DNA of 64,000 bases from Candidatus Latescibacterota bacterium (GTDB lineage Bacteria > Latescibacterota > UBA2968): positions 2,400,001 to 2,464,000 of the forward strand of contig OZ242195.1 in assembly GCA_965205975.1 (NCBI GenBank), written 5' to 3'. Position 1 is the first letter of the stretch, and each line of letters starts with the position of its first letter. The position numbers were made by a program, and so were the translations under genes. The notes beneath the pieces are model-generated. The model searched no databases, had not been told where the DNA came from, and saw only the letters and a program-made list of their open reading frames with translations. Below, one piece after another: positions 60,326 to 64,000 of this stretch.

Positions 60326-61555
60326 TCAAGGAACAGAAGTGTGAACTGCTTCTTCCGCCAGGACAAATACAAACCCCTGTTCTGCCAACTCGGGTAACAT
60401 GCGTTGCAATGCCCGTAGCATATTGGGTTTTGCATGCCCAATGCCAATCGCCGTACCTTCATGCCGTGCGTGTGCAGCGAGCCTGTACAATCGCTTGACC
60501 ACCGCGTCCTCGTCTTCGACGATATCCAAAAATAACGCATTGCGACCACTGGGAATACCCATATCCCGCGCGATTGCATAAGCCACCGATTGGGGTGACG
60601 TGACACTATCGATAAAAAAGAAATTCCATCGTTGCACGACTCGCAACACCGCTCTCATCGCTTCAAAATTTTGTGTTAAGCGAGACCCCATGTGATTGTT
60701 TATCCCCTTCGCATAGGGCACGGACGCAAGGGCATCCTGGGTCAACTCAGCAATCTTTTCCGGCGCGTAATCCAAAAAAATCGCATTGGGACCTGGATCG
60801 CGCTCTGGATAGTCTATCGGTTCCATAGGCAAATGAACCATCACGCCGTGATTTTTCTCAATAGCCTGTTGCGCTATCCATGCCGTATGCTTCTCGCCGG
60901 GAAAAATCGAAAATGTAATCGGCTGTGGCAACTCACAAAAAGACAGAATTAAATTCTGATCCTGATATCCAAAATCATCGATCACAATGGCAATACGCCC
61001 CGCGAGGCGCTCGAGTTCTTTATTCTGCTCAAACCTGAACAAATTGGTCTGCTTATCATTCAAACCCACGCGAAGCCACAATACATTACCCTGTCGGTCT
61101 TCGCTACCTTCAATGACTGCCCCACCCAATTCATGCGCCAGATGGGTCAAAGACAGATTGCAAACAGCCAGTGGCAGAGCATCGGGCACTTTCGACTGCA
61201 CTTCCCAACGCACTTCGCCTTTGGACAAACGCACTTCTTTAATCACCTCAGGAGGAACGCCCAGCCCGATCAACACCTCTTTTGCTCTCACAACCATTGT
61301 ATCGGCAAATGCGACAATATCTTCTGGGCCAGCTTTCCATCTTGGTGTCTCTTCGAGGGGAAGTACATATTCGACCGACTGTGGTCGCCAAAAATGTGAC
61401 CGCAGTCGCCAAAAATACGATCGCGGCAGCCAAAAATAGGCGGCCAATCCACCGGCGATCAGAATTACTATAACACAGGACACAACCCATAACCGAGGAG
61501 ATCGCCGCTTGCGAGCCATTTCCAATGGTCTTTTTTCGGACAAACGTTTCGCCAT
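60326..61555 (-). CDS. Divergent polysaccharide deacetylase family protein (YibQ-like)
   Basis: IAIVIDDFG, HLPMEP, GINNHMGS, FIDS.T, AIGIGH; N-terminal TM. Confidence 0.92.
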   Translation of the reverse strand: MAKRLSEKRPLEMARKRRSPRLWVVSCVIVILIAGGLAAYFWLPRSYFWRLRSHFWRPQSVEYVLPLEETPRWKAGPEDIVAFADTMVVRAKEVLIGLGVPPEVIKEVRLSKGEVRWEVQSKVPDALPLAVCNLSLTHLAHELGGAVIEGSEDRQGNVLWLRVGLNDKQTNLFRFEQNKELERLAGRIAIVIDDFGYQDQNLILSFCELPQPITFSIFPGEKHTAWIAQQAIEKNHGVMVHLPMEPIDYPERDPGPNAIFLDYAPEKIAELTQDALASVPYAKGINNHMGSRLTQNFEAMRAVLRVVQRWNFFFIDSVTSPQSVAYAIARDMGIPSGRNALFLDIVEDEDAVVKRLYRLAAHARHEGTAIGIGHAKPNMLRALQRMLPELAEQGFVFVLAEEAVHTSVP

Positions 61556-61564
61556 TTTGAAGAC

Positions 61565-62545
61565 TCAATAAATCTGAATTGGATCGGGAATAAAACACAA
61601 TACAAAAATAGCCAGCGACGCGTACCCAATCCATCGCCGGACGGGATCCAATTCAACATCGGGATTTACAGGCGGCGGATGATGCCGTCCCATCAGCGCA
61701 GCCAACCCCAACCACACCAGCCAACCGATCCAGCGGGAATCATACCAGGCCCTGAACATAGATTGTGCATCCCACCAGTGGTAAGGCGGCGCGAATAACC
61801 ACATCAATGCCAATCCCACCATTGTCGCCCGAGAAATTAACCGGTGTTTCCCGCCAAAAATCGCATAGACAATATGCCCACCATCAAATTGTCCCATCGG
61901 CAACAAATTCAACACCGTTACAAACAACCCCAACCAGCCCGCAAAAGCCACCGGATGCAGCATCACATCATAACCCTCGGGCAGATCACCAATAACGCTT
62001 ATGCCCAACCAACCCGACAAGAGAGAATCACCCAGAGTAAGTGCGCCTTCCGGTATATCTCGTACCTCAATTACTTCCGACATGTGCAGACCAGCACTCA
62101 ACGCGATCACAGACATCACAAACCCGGCAATAGGCCCAGATGCGCCAATATCGATAAGCGCCCGCCGGTTCGGAATCTGAGATCGCAATTTGATCACTGC
62201 GCCCAGGGTACCAATAAAAGAGGGGAAGGGAATAAAATAGGGCAATGACGCGCGCACACCCCAGCGGCGCGAAGTCACATAATGCCCCATCTCGTGTATG
62301 CCCAAAATGATCAGCAACGTCGCAGAAAACGGCAAGCCATAGACCAAATAGCGAGGATCAATCAAAATATGCCAGTTATCGGGCATTGATGCCCATGTGG
62401 AAGACATGGGCATCCCCGCGACCGTCGTCGTGTACACAGTTGCCAAAAACAGCCCAACATGCAATCTCAAATTCTCCTGCGTCCTGGGCAAGGCCGTCTG
62501 CGTGGGAAAATACCGATTACCATTCAAATCGTCTGACACAATCAC
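61565..62545 (-). CDS. Site-2 protease (M50) family protein
   Basis: HEMGH, PYFIP, GPIAG, NLLPMGQFDGGH. Confidence 0.92.
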   Translation of the reverse strand: MIVSDDLNGNRYFPTQTALPRTQENLRLHVGLFLATVYTTTVAGMPMSSTWASMPDNWHILIDPRYLVYGLPFSATLLIILGIHEMGHYVTSRRWGVRASLPYFIPFPSFIGTLGAVIKLRSQIPNRRALIDIGASGPIAGFVMSVIALSAGLHMSEVIEVRDIPEGALTLGDSLLSGWLGISVIGDLPEGYDVMLHPVAFAGWLGLFVTVLNLLPMGQFDGGHIVYAIFGGKHRLISRATMVGLALMWLFAPPYHWWDAQSMFRAWYDSRWIGWLVWLGLAALMGRHHPPPVNPDVELDPVRRWIGYASLAIFVLCFIPDPIQIY

Positions 62546-62564
62546 TCCTTATCCTTTTCACCTC

Positions 62565-63449
62565 TCACCTTATTCCCACTGCAATGCGATGCGAATCGCC
62601 CAAACCATGCGATGCAGGCACAAAAGCGTAATCCACCCGCCAGTTGCGCCGCGTGATCCCCAATCCAAACGACAACATACGCGTATCGTGCCCGGTTTGA
62701 ATCCCACCGCGCAAAAACAACCTGTCCATCACCCCGTATTCCAAACCAAAATTTGCCCCTCTGTTGCCAGCTGCTGGCAGACGAAAATCGGCTGTTGCTA
62801 TCCACGGGCGCCAGGACCACGCCGCCCCTACGCGAAACACCCGGGGCAAAGGGATGCGCTCTCGGTCTAACTGTGCCATCCGTCCCAAATTTCGATACGC
62901 CGCCCCCAGCATCACGTTCTCAGACAAGCGGTACAATACCCCTCCATCTACACTCATCCCCCACGCACTCTCTGGCCCGATATTTTCATGCAATGCCCGA
63001 ACTGAAAACCCCACATAAATTCGCTGCCCTATCCTCTGTGCATAAGACAGTCCTGCATTGAGATCGTAAACGCTAAACGTGCCCGCAGGCGTCGCGGTCG
63101 GTTCCCGCCGCGCTTCCAATCCACCAACCCCATAAACGCCCAAACTCAGTGCAAGACCGCGTCTATCATTGCCATAAGCCCACCCGCCATACCCCTGCTT
63201 GATCCCCTGGAACGATCGGTGGTGCGCCAGAATAAAATGTTTGCCCTGCATAGCCGCCACACCTGCCGGATTCCAAAACGCCGCAGTCTGTTCACCTACC
63301 ACAGCGGTCTGCGCTTCACCCATCGCAGCAGCACGCGCGCCCACTCCCTCACGCAGCAACACAAAACCAGCCTTGCGTGCCGCAGTACTGGCCTCAGTGG
63401 AAAACAGACAAAATGTCGCAATAAAAATACCGTAAACAACTTGTTTCAC
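62565..63449 (-). CDS. PorV/PorQ (UPF0164) family outer-membrane beta-barrel
   Basis: Signal peptide; GARAAAMGEA, FWNPAG, alternating beta strands, VDYAF...HRIAV C-terminus. GTG after GGAGG. Confidence 0.82.
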   Translation of the reverse strand: MKQVVYGIFIATFCLFSTEASTAARKAGFVLLREGVGARAAAMGEAQTAVVGEQTAAFWNPAGVAAMQGKHFILAHHRSFQGIKQGYGGWAYGNDRRGLALSLGVYGVGGLEARREPTATPAGTFSVYDLNAGLSYAQRIGQRIYVGFSVRALHENIGPESAWGMSVDGGVLYRLSENVMLGAAYRNLGRMAQLDRERIPLPRVFRVGAAWSWRPWIATADFRLPAAGNRGANFGLEYGVMDRLFLRGGIQTGHDTRMLSFGLGITRRNWRVDYAFVPASHGLGDSHRIAVGIR

Positions 63450-63497
63450 AAAAACCTCCTGCATATGTGTAATACCCAAAACCCAGTGCATTTTACA

Positions 63498-63590
63498 AGA
63501 TTAAGCAAACGGGCAAAATGTGTCAACCACCCATTAGTAAAATGGACCATCTCAAGCACAATTGACAGTCTCTTATTTCCTGTTTAAATT
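63498..63590. promoter_or_regulatory. Back-to-back sigma70 promoters
   Basis: Minus: TTGACA (63526-63521), 17 bp, TAATCT. Plus: TTGACA (63562), 17 bp, TAAATT. Confidence 0.6.
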
Positions 63591-63614
63591 GTGCAGACAC
63601 TCATAGGGGGCACC

Positions 63615-64000
63615 ATGGCACAAGCAGAAATTGGCGATCGCGTATTGATTTATTACAAGGGAATCCTGGAAGACGGAACCATAGCCGAAGGCACACCAGA
63701 GAATGAACCATTTGAATTTACCGTGGGAGACGAATCTGTAAAAGACATATTCACGCGCCTTGTAAATGGCCTGGAAGAAGGCGATTCTCGCACGGTCATC
63801 CTATCCCCAGAAGATGCATTTGGTCCCTATAATCCCGACTTTGTAATCGAAGTCGCGCGATCGAAATTTCCCCCTGATGCACTTCTCGAAAAGGGAATGC
63901 GCATGGAAGTACAGTCCGACCCCACTGGTACACCCATCGAAGTATCGGTAAAAGAAATAACATCCCAAACCGTGACATTAGACGGCAACCATCCCTTTGC
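63615..64000 (+). CDS. FKBP-type peptidyl-prolyl isomerase, SlyD/FkpB-like (runs off window)
   Basis: Manual translation MAQAEIGDRVLIYYKGILEDGT...PFEFTVG...PEDAFGPY...VTLDGNHP. Confidence 0.88.
   Translation, partial: MAQAEIGDRVLIYYKGILEDGTIAEGTPENEPFEFTVGDESVKDIFTRLVNGLEEGDSRTVILSPEDAFGPYNPDFVIEVARSKFPPDALLEKGMRMEVQSDPTGTPIEVSVKEITSQTVTLDGNHPF

Overview
Chromosomal window from a bacterium whose gene content points to the FCB group, probably Candidatus Latescibacterota or a relative. This is inferred from a PorV-like gene, CxPxR sulfatases and a secreted protein with a C-terminal DxDGxGxVDFxDF duplicate. Most of the window is housekeeping: a lysine riboswitch ahead of dapA-dapB and a long transaldolase, hrcA-grpE-dnaJ, glnA, uppS-cdsA-dxr-rseP, a dcw cluster lacking mraY/murD/murG/ddl, a sugar-acid cluster (kdgK-eda-ROK) and tgt-yajC-fmt. 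One accessory block (~37.6-48.3 kb) has no integrase. It holds the best candidate for a novel system: a membrane-anchored 40-aa-repeat coiled-coil protein, a TerB-fused dynamin-like GTPase and a LeoA-type dynamin-like GTPase, followed directly by an m4C-type methyltransferase and a PD-(D/E)xK-like endonuclease. Other notable items are a secreted CXXCH protein resembling animal temptin, a probable ATT start codon for tgt, an orphan 3-TM gene inserted after fmt, a truncated DMFase-beta-like gene and dispersed heptamer repeats after stop codons. No rRNA, tRNA, CRISPR array or transposase was recognised. All calls come from reading motifs by eye; no searches were run.
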